A DNA stretch of 64,000 nt from Eledone cirrhosa. Taxonomy: Eukaryota. The stretch lies in assembly GCA_964016885.1 (NCBI GenBank), contig OZ024743.1, forward strand, positions 336,288,001-336,352,000, given 5' to 3'. The notes under the pieces are model-generated. The model was not told the origin of the DNA and did no database searches. It worked only from the letters and a program-made list of their open reading frames with translations. Below, piece after piece: positions 12,001 through 24,000 of the stretch; position 1 is the first letter of the stretch; each line of letters starts with the position of its first letter. The position numbers and the translations under genes are program-made.

Positions 12001-15000
12001 GTCTGTCTCCTTCTCTCTTTCTCTCTCTCTCTATCTTCCAGTCTGTCTCCTTCCATCTTTCTCTCTGTCTCTATCTTCCAGTCTGTCTCCTTACCTCTTT
12101 CTCTCTGTCTCTATCTTCCAGTCTGCCTCCTTCCCTCTTTCTCTCTGTCTCTATCTTCCAGTCTGTCTCCTTCCCTCTTTCTCTTTGTCTCTATCTTCCA
12201 GTCTGTCTCCTTCCCTCTTTCTCTTTGTCTCTATCTTCCAGTCTGCCTCCTTCCCTCTTTCTCTCTGTCTCTATCTTCCAGTCTGTCTCCTTCCCTCTTT
12301 CTCTCTGTCTCTATCTTCCAGTCTGCCTCCTTCCCTCTTTCTCTCTGTCTCTATCTTCCAGTCTGTCTCCTTCCCTCGTTCTCTCTATCTCTATCTTCCA
12401 GTCTGCCTCCTTCTCTCTTTCTCTCTGTCTCTGTCTTCCAGTCTGTTTCCTTCCCTCTTTCTCTCTGTCTCTATCTTCCAGTCTGTCTCCTTCTCTCTTT
12501 TTCTCTGTCTCTATCTTCCAGTCTGTCTCCTTCCCTCTTTCTCTCTGTCTCTATCTTCCAGTCTGTCTCCTCCTCTCTTTCTCTATGTCTCTATCTTCCA
12601 GTCTGTCTCCTTCTCTCTTTCTCTCTGTCTCTATCTTCCAGTCTGTCTCCTTCTCTCTTTCTATCTGTCTCTATCTTCCAGTCTGTCTCCTTCCCTCTTT
12701 CTCTCTGTCTCTATCTTCCAGTCTGTCTCCTTCTCTCTTTCTCTCTGTCTCTATCTTCCAGTCTGTCTCCTGCCCTCTTTCTCTCTCTCTCTATCTCTAG
12801 TCTGTCTCCTTCCCTCTTTCTCTCTGCCTCTATCTTCCAGTCTGCTTCCTTCCCTCTTTCTCTCTGTCTCTATCTTCCAGTCTGTCTCCTTCCCTCTTTC
12901 TCTATGTCTCTATCTTCCAGTCTGTCTCCTTCTCTCTTTCTCTCTGTCTCTATCTTCCAGTCTGTCTCCTTCCCTCTTTCTCTCTGTCTCTATCTTCCAG
13001 TCTGTCTCCTTCTCTCTTTCTCTCTGTCTCTATCTTTCAGTCTGTCTCCTTCCCTCTTTCTCTCTGTCTCTATCTTCCAGTCTGTCTCCTTCTCTCTTTC
13101 TCTCTGTCTCTATCTTCCAGTCTGTCTCCTTCTCTCTTTCTCTATGTCTCTATCTTCCAGTCTGTCTCCTTCCCTCTTTCTCTTTGTCTCTATCTTCCAG
13201 TCTGTCTCCTTCCCTCTTTCACTCTGTCTCTATCTTCCAGTCTGTCTCCTTCTCTCTTTCTCTCTCTCTCTATCTTCCAGTCTGTCTCCTTCCATCTTTC
13301 TCTCTGTCTCTATCTTCCAGTCTGTCTCCTTACCTCTTTCTCTCTGTCTCTATCTTCCAGTCTGCCTCCTTCCCTCTTTCTCTCTGTCTCTATCTTCCAG
13401 TCTGTCTCCTTCCCTCTTTCTCTTTGTCTCTATCTTCCAGTCTGTCTCCTTCCCTCTTTCTCTTTGTCTCTATCTTCCAGTCTGCCTCCTTCCCTCTTTC
13501 TCTCTGTCTCTATCTTCCAGTCTGTCTCCTTCCCTCTTTCTCTCTGTCTCTATCTTCCAGTCTGCCTCCTTCCCTCTTTCTCTCTGTCTCTATCTTCCAG
13601 TCTGTCTCCTTCCCTCGTTCTCTCTATCTCTATCTTCCAGTCTGCCTCCTTCTCTCTTTCTCTCTGTCTCTGTCTTCCAGTCTGTTTCCTTCCCTCTTTC
13701 TCTCTGTCTCTATCTTCCAGTCTGTCTCCTTCTCTCTTTTTCTCTGTCTCTATCTTCCAGTCTGTCTCCTTCCCTCTTTCTCTCTGTCTCTATCTTCCAG
13801 TCTGTCTCCTCCTCTCTTTCTCTATGTCTCTATCTTCCAGTCTGTCTCCTTCTCTCTTTCTCTCTGTCTCTATCTTCCAGTCTGTCTCCTTCTCTCTTTC
13901 TATCTGTCTCTATCTTCCAGTCTGTCTCCTTCCCTCTTTCTCTCTGTCTCTATCTTCCAGTCTGTCTCCTTCTCTCTTTCTCTCTCTGTCTCTATCTTCC
14001 AGTCTGTCTCCTGCCCTCTTTCTCTCTCTCTCTATCTCTAGTCTGTCTCCTTCCCTCTTTCTCTCTGCCTCTATCTTCCAGTCTGCTTCCTTCCCTCTTT
14101 CTCTCTGTCTCTATCTTCCAGTCTGTCTCCTTCCCTCTTTCTCTATGTCTCTATCTTCCAGTCTGTCTCCTTCTCTCTTTCTCTCTGTCTCTATCTTCCA
14201 GTCTGTCTCCTTCCCTCTTTCTCTCTGTCTCTATCTTCCAGTCTGTCTCCTTCTCTCTTTCTCTCTGTCTCTATCTTTCAGTCTGTCTCCTTCCCTCTTT
14301 CTCTCTGTCTCTATCTTCCAGTCTGTCTCCTTCCCTCTTTCTCTCTGTCTCTATCTTCCAGTCTGTCTCCTTCCCTCTTTCTCTCTGTCTCTATCTTCCA
14401 GTCTGTCTCCTTCCCTCTTTCTCTCTGTCTCTATCTTCCAGTCTGTCTCCTTCCCTCTTTCTCTCTGTCTCTATCTTCCAGTCTGTCTCCTTCTCTCTTT
14501 CTCTCTGTCTCTATCTTCCAGTCTGTCTCCTTCCCTCTTTCTCTCTGTCTCTATCTTCCAGTCTGTCTCCTTCTCTCTTTCTCTCTGTATCTTCCAGTCT
14601 GTCTCCTTCCCTCTTTCTCTCTGTCTCTATCTTCCAGTCTGTCTCCTTAAATCTTTCTCTCTGTCTCTATCTTCCAGTCTGCCTCCTTCCCTCTTTCTCT
14701 CTATCTCTATCTTCCAGTCTGTCTCCTTCCCTCTTTCTCTCTAACTCTATCTTCCAGTTTGTCTCCTTCCCTCTTTCTCTCTATCTCTATCTTCCAGTCT
14801 GGCTCCTTCCCTCTTTGTCTCTGTCTCTATCTTCCAGTCTGTCTCCTTCCCTCTTTCTCTCTGTCTCTATCTTCCAGTCTGTCTCCTTCCCTCTTTCTCT
14901 CTGTCTCTATCTTCCAGTCTGTCACCTTCCCTCTTCCAGTCTGTCTCCTTCCCTCTTTCTCTCTGTCTCTATCTTCCAGTCTGTCTCCTTCTCTCTTTCT

Positions 15001-18000
15001 CTCTCTCTCTATCTTCCAGTCTGTCTCCTTCCCTCTTTCTCTCTGTCTCTATCTTCCAGTCTGTCTCCTTACCTCTTTCTCTCTTTCTCTATCTTCCAGT
15101 CTGCCTCCTTCCCTCTTTCTCTCTGTCTCTATCTTCCAGTCTGTCTCTTTCCCTCGTTCTCTCTATCTCTATCTTCCAGTCTGCCTCCTTCTCTCTTTCT
15201 CTCTGTCTCTGTCTTCCAGTCTGTTTCCTTCCCTCTTTCTCTCTGTCTCTATCTTCCAGTCTGTCTCCTTCCCTCTTTCTCTCTGTCTCTATCTTCCAGT
15301 CTGTCTCCTCCTCTCTTTCTCTATGTCTCTATCTTCCAGTCTGTCTCCTTCTCTTTTTCTCTCTGTCTCTATCTTCCAGTCTGTCTCCTTCTCTCTTTCT
15401 ATCTGTCTCTATCTTCCAGTCTGTCTCCTTCCCTCTTTCTCTCTGTCTCTATCTTCCAGTCTGTCTCCTTCTCTCTTTCTCTCTGTCTCTATCTTCCAGT
15501 CTGTCTCCTGCCCTCTTTCTCTCTCTCTCTATCTCTAGTCTGTCTCCTTCCCTCTTTCTCTCTGCCTCTATCTTCCAGTCTGCTTCCTTCCCTCTTTCTC
15601 TCTGTCTCTATCTTCCAGTCTGTCTCCTTCCCTCTTTCTCTATGTCTCTATCTTCCAGTCTGTCTCCTTCCCTCTTTCTCTCTGTCTCTATCTTCCAGTC
15701 TGTCTCCTTCCCTCTTTCTCTCTGTCTCTATCTTCCAGTCTGTCTCCTTCCCTCTTTCTCTCTGTCTCTATCTTCCAGTCTGTCTCCTTCTCTCTTTCTC
15801 TCTGTCTCTATCTTCCAGTCTGTCTCCTTCCCTCTTTCTCTCTGTCTCTATCTTCCAGTCTGATTCCTTCTCTCTTTCTCTCTCTCGCTATCTTCCAGTC
15901 TGTCTCCTTCCCTCTTTCTCTCTGTCTCTATCTTCCAGTCTGTCTCCTTAACTCTTTCTCTCTGTCTCTATCTTCCAGTCTGCCTCCTTCCCTCTTTCTC
16001 TCTATCTCTATCTTCCAGTCTGTCTCCTTCCCTCTTTCTCTCTAACTCTATCTTCCAGTCTGTCTCCTTCCCTCTTTCTCTCTATCTCTATCTTCCAGTC
16101 TGGCTCCTTCCCTCTTTCTCTCTGTCTCTATCTTCCAGTCTGTCTCCTTCCCTCTTTCTCTCTGTCTCTATCTTCCAGTCTGTCTCCTTCCCTCTTTCTC
16201 TCTGTCTCTATCTTCCAGTCTGTCTCCTTCCCTCTTTCTCTCTGTCTCTATCTTCCAGTCTGTCTCCTTCCCTCTTTCTCTCTGTCTCTATCTTCCAGTC
16301 TGTCTCCTTCCCTCTTTCTCTCTGTCTCTATCTTCCAGTCTGTCTCCTTCTCTCTTTCTCTCTGTCTCTATCTTCCAGTCTGTCTCCTTCCCTCTTTCTC
16401 TCTGTCTCTATCTTCCAGTCTGTCTCCTTCTCTCTTTCTCTCTCTCTCTATCTTCCAGTCTGTCTCCTTCCCTCTTTCTTTCTGTCTCTATCTTCCAGTC
16501 TGTCTCCTTACCTCATTCTCTCTGTCTCTATCTTCCAGTCTGCCTCCTTCCCTCTTTCTCTCTGTCTCTATCTTCCAGTCTGTCTCCTTCCCTCTTTCTC
16601 TCTGTCTCTATCTTCCAGTCTACCTCCTTCCCTCTTTCTCTCTGTCTCTATCTTCCAGTCTGTCTCCTTCCCTCTTTCTCTCTATCTCTATCTTCCAGTC
16701 TGCCTCCTTCTCTCTTTCTCTCTGTCTCTGTCTTCCAGTCTGTTTCCTTCCCTCTTTCTCTCTGTCACTATCTTCCAGTCTGTCTCCTTCTCTCTTTTTC
16801 TCTCTCTCTATCTTCCAGTCTGTCTCCTTCCCTCTTTCTCTCTGTCTCTATCTTCCAGTCTGTCTCCTCCTCTCTTTCTCTATGTCTCTATCTTCCAGTC
16901 TGTCCCCTTCTCTCTTTCTCTCTGTCTCTATCTTCCAGTCTGTCTCCTTCTCTCTTTCTCTCTGTCTCTAACTTCCAGTCTGTCTCCTTCCCTCTTTCTC
17001 TCTGTCTCTATCTTCCAGTCTGTCTCCTTACCTCTTTCTCTCTGTCTCTATCTTCCAGTATGTCTCCTTCCCTCTTTCTCTCTGTCTCTATCTTCCAGTC
17101 TGTCTCCTTCACTCTTTCTCTATGTCTCTATCTTCCAGTCTGTCTCCTTCCCTCTTTCTCTCTGTCTCTATCTTCCAGTCTGTCTCCTTCCCTCTTTCTC
17201 TCTGTCTCTATCTTCCAGTCTGTCTCCTTACCTCTTTCTCTCTGTCTCTATCTTCCAGTCTGTCTCCTTCCCTCTTTCTCTCTGTCTCTATCTTCCAGTC
17301 TGTCTCCTTCACTCTTTCTCTCTGTCTCTATCTTCCAGTCTGTCTCCTTCCCTCTTTCTCTCTGGCTCTATCTTCCAGTCTGTCTCCTTCCCTCTTTCTC
17401 TCTGTCTCTATCTTCCAGTCTGCCTCCTTCCCTCTTTCTCTCTATCTCTATCTTCCAGTCTGTCTCCTTCTCTCTTTCTCTCTGTCTCTATCTTCCAGTC
17501 TGTCTCCTTCCCTCTTTCTCTCTGTCTCTATCTTCCAGTCTGCTTCCTTCCCTCTTTCTCTCTGTTTCTATCTTCCAGTCTGTCTCCTTCCCTCTTTCTC
17601 TATGTCTCTATCTTCCAGTCTGTCTCCTTCTCTTTTTCTCTCTGTCTCTATCTTCCAGTCTGTCTCCTTCTCTCTTTCTCTCTGTCTCTATCTTCCAGTC
17701 TGTCTCCTTCCCTCTTTCTCTCTGTCTCTATCTTCCGGTCTGTCTCCTTCTCTCTTTCTCTCTGTCTCTATCTTCCAGTCTGTCTCCTTCCCTCTTTCTC
17801 TCTATCTCTATCTTCCAGTCTGCCTCCTTCTCTCTTTCTCTCTGTCTCTGTCTTACAGTCTGTTTACTTCCCTCTGTCTCTCTGTCTCTATCTTCCAGTC
17901 TGTCTCCTTCTCTCTTTCTCTCTGTCTCTATCTTCCAGTCTGTCTCCTTCTCTCTTTCTCTCTGTCTCTATCTTCCAGTCTGTCTCCTTCTCTCTTTCTC

Positions 18001-21000
18001 TCTGTCTCTATCTTCCAGTCTGTCTCCTTCCCTCTTTCTATCTGTCTCTATCTTCCAGTCTGTCTCCTTCCCTCTTTCTCTCTGTCTCTATCTTCCAGTC
18101 TGTCTCCTTCCCTCTTTCTCTCTGTCTCTATCTTCCAGTCTGTCTCCTTCCCTCTTTCTCTCTGTCTCTATCTTCCAGTCTGTCTCCTTCCCTCTTTCTC
18201 TCTGTCTCTATCTTCCAGTCTGTCTCCTTCCCACTTTCTCTCTGTCTCTATCTTCCAGTCTGCCTCCTTCCCTCTTTCTCTCTGTCTCTATCTTCCAGTC
18301 TGTCTCCTTCCCTCTTTCTCTCTGTCTCTATCTTCCAGTCTGTCTCCTTCCCTCTTACTCTCTGTCTCTATCTTCCAGTCTGTCTCCTTCCCTCTTTCTC
18401 TCTGTCTCTATCTTCCAGTCTGTCTCCTTCTCTCTTTCTCTCTGTCTCTATCTTCCAGTCTGTCTCCTTCCCTCTTTCTCTCTGTCTCTATCTTCCAGTC
18501 TGTCTCCTTCCCTCTTTCTCTCTGTCTCTATCTTCCAGTCTGCTTCCTTCCCTCTTTCTCTCTGTCTCTATCTTCCAGTCTGTCTCCTTCCCTCTTTCTC
18601 TATGTCTCTATCTTCCAGTCTGTCTCCTTCTCTTTTTCTCTCTGTCTCTATCTTCCAGTCTGTCTCTTTCCCTCTTTCTCTCTGTCTCTATCTTCCAGTC
18701 TGTCTCCTTCCCTCTTTCTAACTGTCTCTATCTTCCAGTCTGTCTCCTTCCCTCTTTCTCTCTGTCTCTATCTTCCAGTCTGTCTCCTTCCCTCTTTCTC
18801 TCTGTCTCTATCTTCCAGTCTGTCACCTTCCCTCTTTCTCTCTGTCTCTATCTTCCAGTCTGTCTCCTTCCCTCTTTCTCTCTGTCTGTATCTTCCAGTC
18901 TGTCTCCTTCCCTCTTTCTCTCTGTCTCTATCTTCCTGTCTGTCTCATTCCCTCTTTCTCTCTGTCTCTATCTTCCAGTCTGTCTCCTTCTCTGTTTCTC
19001 TCTGTCTCTATCTTCCAGTCTGTCTCCTTCCCTCTTTCTCTCTGTCTCTATCTTCCAGTCTGTCTCCTTCCCTCTTTCTCTCTGTCTCTATCTTCCAGTC
19101 TGCTTCCTTCCCTCTTTCTCTCTGTCTCTATCTTCCAGTCTATCTCCTTCCCTCTTTCTCTATGTCTCTATCTTCCAGTCTGTCTCCTTCTCTTTTTCTC
19201 TCTGTCTCTATCTTCCAGTCTGTCTCCTTCCCTCTTTCTCTCTGTCTCTATCTTCCAGTCTGTCTCCTTCCCTCTTTCTCACTGTCTCTATCTTCCAGTC
19301 TGTCTCCTTCCCTCTTTCTCTCTGTCTCTATCTTCCAGTCTGTCTCCTTCCCTCTTTCTCTCTGTCTCTATCTTCCAGTCTGTCACCTTCCCTCTTTCTC
19401 TCTGTCTCTATCTTCCAGTCTGTCTCCTTCCCTCTTTCTCTCTGTCTGTATCTTCCAGTCTGTCTCCTTCCCTCTTTCTCTCTGTCTCTATTTTCCAGTC
19501 TGTCTCCTTCCCTCTTTCTCTCTGTCTCTATCTTCCAGTCTGTCTCCTACTCTCTTTCTCTCTGTCTCTATCTTCCAGTCTGTCTCCTTCTCTCGTTCTC
19601 CCTCTCTCTATCTTCCAGTCTGTCTCCTTCCCTCTTTCTCTCTGTCTCTATCTTCCAGTCTCTCCTTACCTCTTTCTCTCTGTCTCTATCTTCCAGTCTG
19701 CCTCCTTCCCTCTTTCTCTCTGTCACTATCTTCCAGTCTGTCTCCTTCCCTCTTTCTCTCCGTCTCTATCTTCCAGTCTGCCTCCTTCCCTCTTTCTCTC
19801 TGTCTCTATCTTCCAGTCTGTATCCTTCCCTCTTTCTCTCTGTCTCTATCTTCCAGTCTGTCTCCGTCTCTCTTTCTCTCTGTCTCTATCTTCCAGTCTG
19901 TCTCCTTCCCTCTTTCTCTCTGTCTCTATCTTCCAGTCTGTCTCCTTCCCTCTTTCTCTCTGTCTCTATCTTCCAGTCTGTCTCCTTCCCTCTTTCTCTC
20001 TGTCTCTATCTTCCAGTCTGTCTCCTTCCCTCTTTCTCTCTGTCTCTATCTTCCAGTCTGTCTCCTTCCCTCTTTCTCTCTGTCTCTATCTTCCAGTCTG
20101 TCTCCTTCCCTCTTTCTCTCTGTCTCTATCTTCCAGTCTGTCTCCTTCCCTCTTTCTCTCTGTCTCTATCTTCCAGTCTGTCTCCTTCCCTCTTTCTCTC
20201 TGTCTCTATCTTCCAGTCTGTCTCCTTCCCTCTTTCTCTCTGTCTCTATCTTCCAGTCTGTCTCCTTCTCTCTTTCTCTCTGTCTCTATCTTCCAGTCTG
20301 TCTCCTTCCCTCTTTCTCTCTGTCTCTATCTTCCAGTCTGTCTCCTTCCCTCTTTCTCTCTGTCTCTATCTTCCAGTCTGTCTCCTTCCCTCTTTCTCTC
20401 TGTCTCTATCTTCCAGTCTCTCCTTACCTCTTTCTCTCTGTCTCTATCTTCCAGTCTGCCTCCTTCCCTCTTTCTCTCTGTCTCTATCTTCCAGTCTGTC
20501 TCCTTCCCTCTTTCTCTCCGTCTCTATCTTCCAGTCTGCCTCCTTCCCTCTTTCTCTCTGTCTCTATCTTCCAGTCTGTCTCCTTCTCTCTTTCTCTATG
20601 TCTCTATCTTCCAGTCTGTCTCCTTCCCTCTTTCTCTTTGTCTCTATCTTCCAGTCTGCCTCCTTCCCTCTTTCTCTCTGTCTCTATCTTCCAGTCTGTC
20701 TCCTTCCCTCTTTCTCTCTGTCTCTATCTTCCAGTCTGTCTCCTTCCCTCTTTCTCTCTGTCTCTATCTTCCAGTCTGTCTCCTTCTCTCTTTCTCTCTG
20801 TCTCTATCTTCCAGTCTGTCTCCTTCCCTCTTTCTCTCTGTCTCTATCTTCCAGTCTGTCTCCTTCTCTCTTTCTCTCTCTCTCTATCTTCCAGTCTGTC
20901 TCCTTCCCTCTTTCTCTCTGTCTCTATCTTCCAGTCTGTCTCCTTAACTCTTTCTCTCTGTCTCTATCTTCCAGTCTGCCTCCTTCCCTCTTTCTCTCTA

Positions 21001-24000
21001 TCTCTATCTTCCAGTCTGTCTCCTTCCCTCTTTCTCTCTAACTCTATCTTCCAGTCTGTCTCCTTCCCTCTTTCTCTCTATCTCTATCTTCCAGTCTGTC
21101 TCCTTCCCTCTTTCTCTCTGTCTCTATCTTCCAGTCTGTCTCCTTCCCTCTTTCTCTCTGTCTCTATCTTCCAGTCTGTCTCCTTCTCTCTTTCTCTCTC
21201 TCTCTATCTTCCAGTCTGTCTCCTTCCCTCTTTCTCTCTGTCTCTATCTTCCAGTCTGCCTCCTTCCCTCTTTCTCTCTGTCTCTATCTTCCAGTCTGTC
21301 TCCTTCCCTCTTTCTCTCTGTCTCTATCATCCAGTCTGTCTCCTTCTCTCTTTCTCTATGTCTCTATCTTCCAGTCTGTCTTCTTCCCTCTTTCTCTTTG
21401 TCTCTATCTTCCAGTCTGCCTCCTTCCCTCTTTCTCTCTGTCTCTATCTTCCAGTCTGTCTCCTTCCCTCTTTCTCTTTGTCTCTATCTTCCAGTCTGTC
21501 TCCTTCCCTCTTTCTCTTTGTCTCTATCTTCCAGTCTGCCTCCTTCCCTCTTTCTCTCTGTCTCTATCTTCCAGTCTGTCTCCTTCCCTCTTTCTCTCTG
21601 TCTCTATCTTCCAGTCTGTCTCCTTCCCTCTTTCTCTCTGTCTCTATCTTCCAGTCTCTCCATACCTCTTTCTCTCTGTCTCTATCTTCCAGTCTGCCTC
21701 CTTCCCTCTTTCTCTCTGTCTCTATCTTCCAGTCTGTCTCCTTCTCTCTTTCTCTCTGTCTCTATCTTCCAGTCTGTCTCCTTCCCTCTTTCTCTCTCTC
21801 TCTCTATCTCTAGTCTGTCTCCTTCCCTCTTTCTCTCTGCCTCTATCTTCCAGTCTGCTTCCTTCCCTCTTTCTCTCTGTCTCTATCTTCCAGTCTGTCT
21901 CCTTCCCTCTTTCTCTATGTCTCTATCTTCCAGTCTGTCTCCTTCTCTCTTTCTCTCTGTCTCTATCTTCCAGTCTGTCTCCTTCCCTCTTTCTCTCTGT
22001 CTCTATCTTCCAGTCTGTCTCCTTCTCTCTTTCTCTCTGTCTCTATCTTTCAGTCTGTCTCCTTCCCTCTTTCTCTCTGTCTCTATCTTCCAGTCTGTCT
22101 CCTTCCTTCTTTCTCTCTGTCTCTATCTTCCAGTCTGTCTCCTTCCCTCTTTCTCTCTGTCTCTATCTTCCAGTCTGTCTCCTTCCCTCTTTCTCTCTGT
22201 CTCTATCTTCCAGTCTGTCTCCTTCCCTCTTTCTCTCTGTCTCTATCTTCCAGTCTGTCTCCTTCTCTCTTTCTCTCTGTCTCTATCTTCCAGTCTGTCT
22301 CCTTCTCTCTTTCTCTCTCTCTATCTTCCAGTATGTCTCCTTCCCTCTTTCTCTCTGTCTCTATCTTCCAGTCTGTCTCCTTAACTCTTTCTCTCTGTCT
22401 CTATCTTCTAGTCTGCCTCCTTCCCTCTTTCTCTCTATCTCTATCTTCCAGTCTGTCTCCTTCCCTCTTTCTCTCTAACTCTATCTTCCAGTCTGTCTCC
22501 TTCCCTCTTTCTCTCTATCTCTATCTTCCAGTCTGTCTCCTTCCCTCTTTCTCTCTGTCTCTATCTTCCAGTCTGTCTCCTTCCCTCTTTCTCTCTGTCT
22601 CTATCTTCCAGTCTGTCTCCTTCTCTCTTTCTCTCTCTCTCTATCTTCCAGTCTGTCTCCTTCCCTCTTTCTCTCTGTCTCTATCTTCCAGTCTGTCTTC
22701 TTACCTCTTTCTCTCTGTCTCTATCTTCCAGTCTGCCTCCTTCCCTCTTTCTCTCTGTCTCTATCTTCCAGTCTGTCTCCTTCCCTCTTTCTCTCTGTCT
22801 CTATCTTCCAGTCTGTCTCCTTCTCTCTTTCTCTATGTCTCTATCTTCCCGTCTGTCTCCTTCCCTCTTTCTCTTTGTCTCTATCTTCCAGTCTGCCTCC
22901 TTCCCTCTTTCTCTCTGTCTCTATCTTCCAGTCTGTCTCCTTCCCTCTTTCTCTTTGTCTCTATCTTCCAGTCTGTCTCCTTCCCTCTTTCTCTTTGTCT
23001 CTAACTTCCAGTCTGCCTCCTTCCCTCTTTCTCTCTGTCTCTATCTTCCAGTCTGTCTCCTTCCCTCTTTCTCTCTGTCTCTATCTTCCAGTCTGCCTCC
23101 TTCCCTCTTTCTCTCTGTCTCTATCTTCCAGTCTGTCTCCTTCCCTCTTTCTCTCTATCTCTATCTTCCAGTCTGCCTCCTTCTCTCTTTCTCTCTGTCT
23201 CTGTCTTCCAGTCTGTTTCCTTCCCCCTTTCTCTCTGTCTCTATCTTCCAGTCTGTCTCCTTCTCTCTTTTTCTCTGTCTCTATCTTCCAGTCTGTCTCC
23301 TTCCCTCTTTCTCTCTGCCTCTATCTTCCAGTCTGTCTCCTCCTCTCTTTCTCTATGTCTCTATCTTCCAGTCGGTCCCCTTCTCTCTTTCTCTCTGTCT
23401 CTATCTTCCAGTCTGTCTCCTCTCTTTCTCTCTGTCTCTATCTTCCAGTCTGTCTCCTTCCCTCTTTCTCTCTGTCTCTATCTTCCAGTCTGTCTCCTTC
23501 CCTCTTTCTCTCTGTCTCTATCTTCCAGTCTGTCTACTTCCCTCTTTCTCTCTGTCTCTATCTTCCAGTCTGTCTCCTTCCCTCTTTCTCTCTGTCTCTA
23601 TCTTCCAGTCTGTCTCCTTCCCTCTTTCTCTCTGTCTCTATCTTCCAGTCTGTCTCCTTCCCTCTTTCTCTCTGTCTCTATCTTCCAGTCTGTCTCCTTC
23701 TCTCTTTTTCTCTGTCTCTATCTTCCAGTCTGTCTCCTTCCCTCTTTCTCTCTGTCTCTATCTTCCAGTCTGTCTCCTCCTCTCTTTCTCTATGTCTCTA
23801 TCTTCCAGTCGGTCCCCTTCTCTCTTTCTCTCTGTCTCTATCTTCCAGTCTGTCTCCTTCTGTCTTTCTCTCTGTCTCTATCTTCCAGTCTGTCTCCTTC
23901 CCTCTTTCTCTCTGTCTCTATCTTCCAGTCTGTCTCCTTCTCTCTTTCTCTCCGTCTCTATCTTCCAGTCTGTCTCCTTCTCTCTTTCTCTCTGTCTCTA

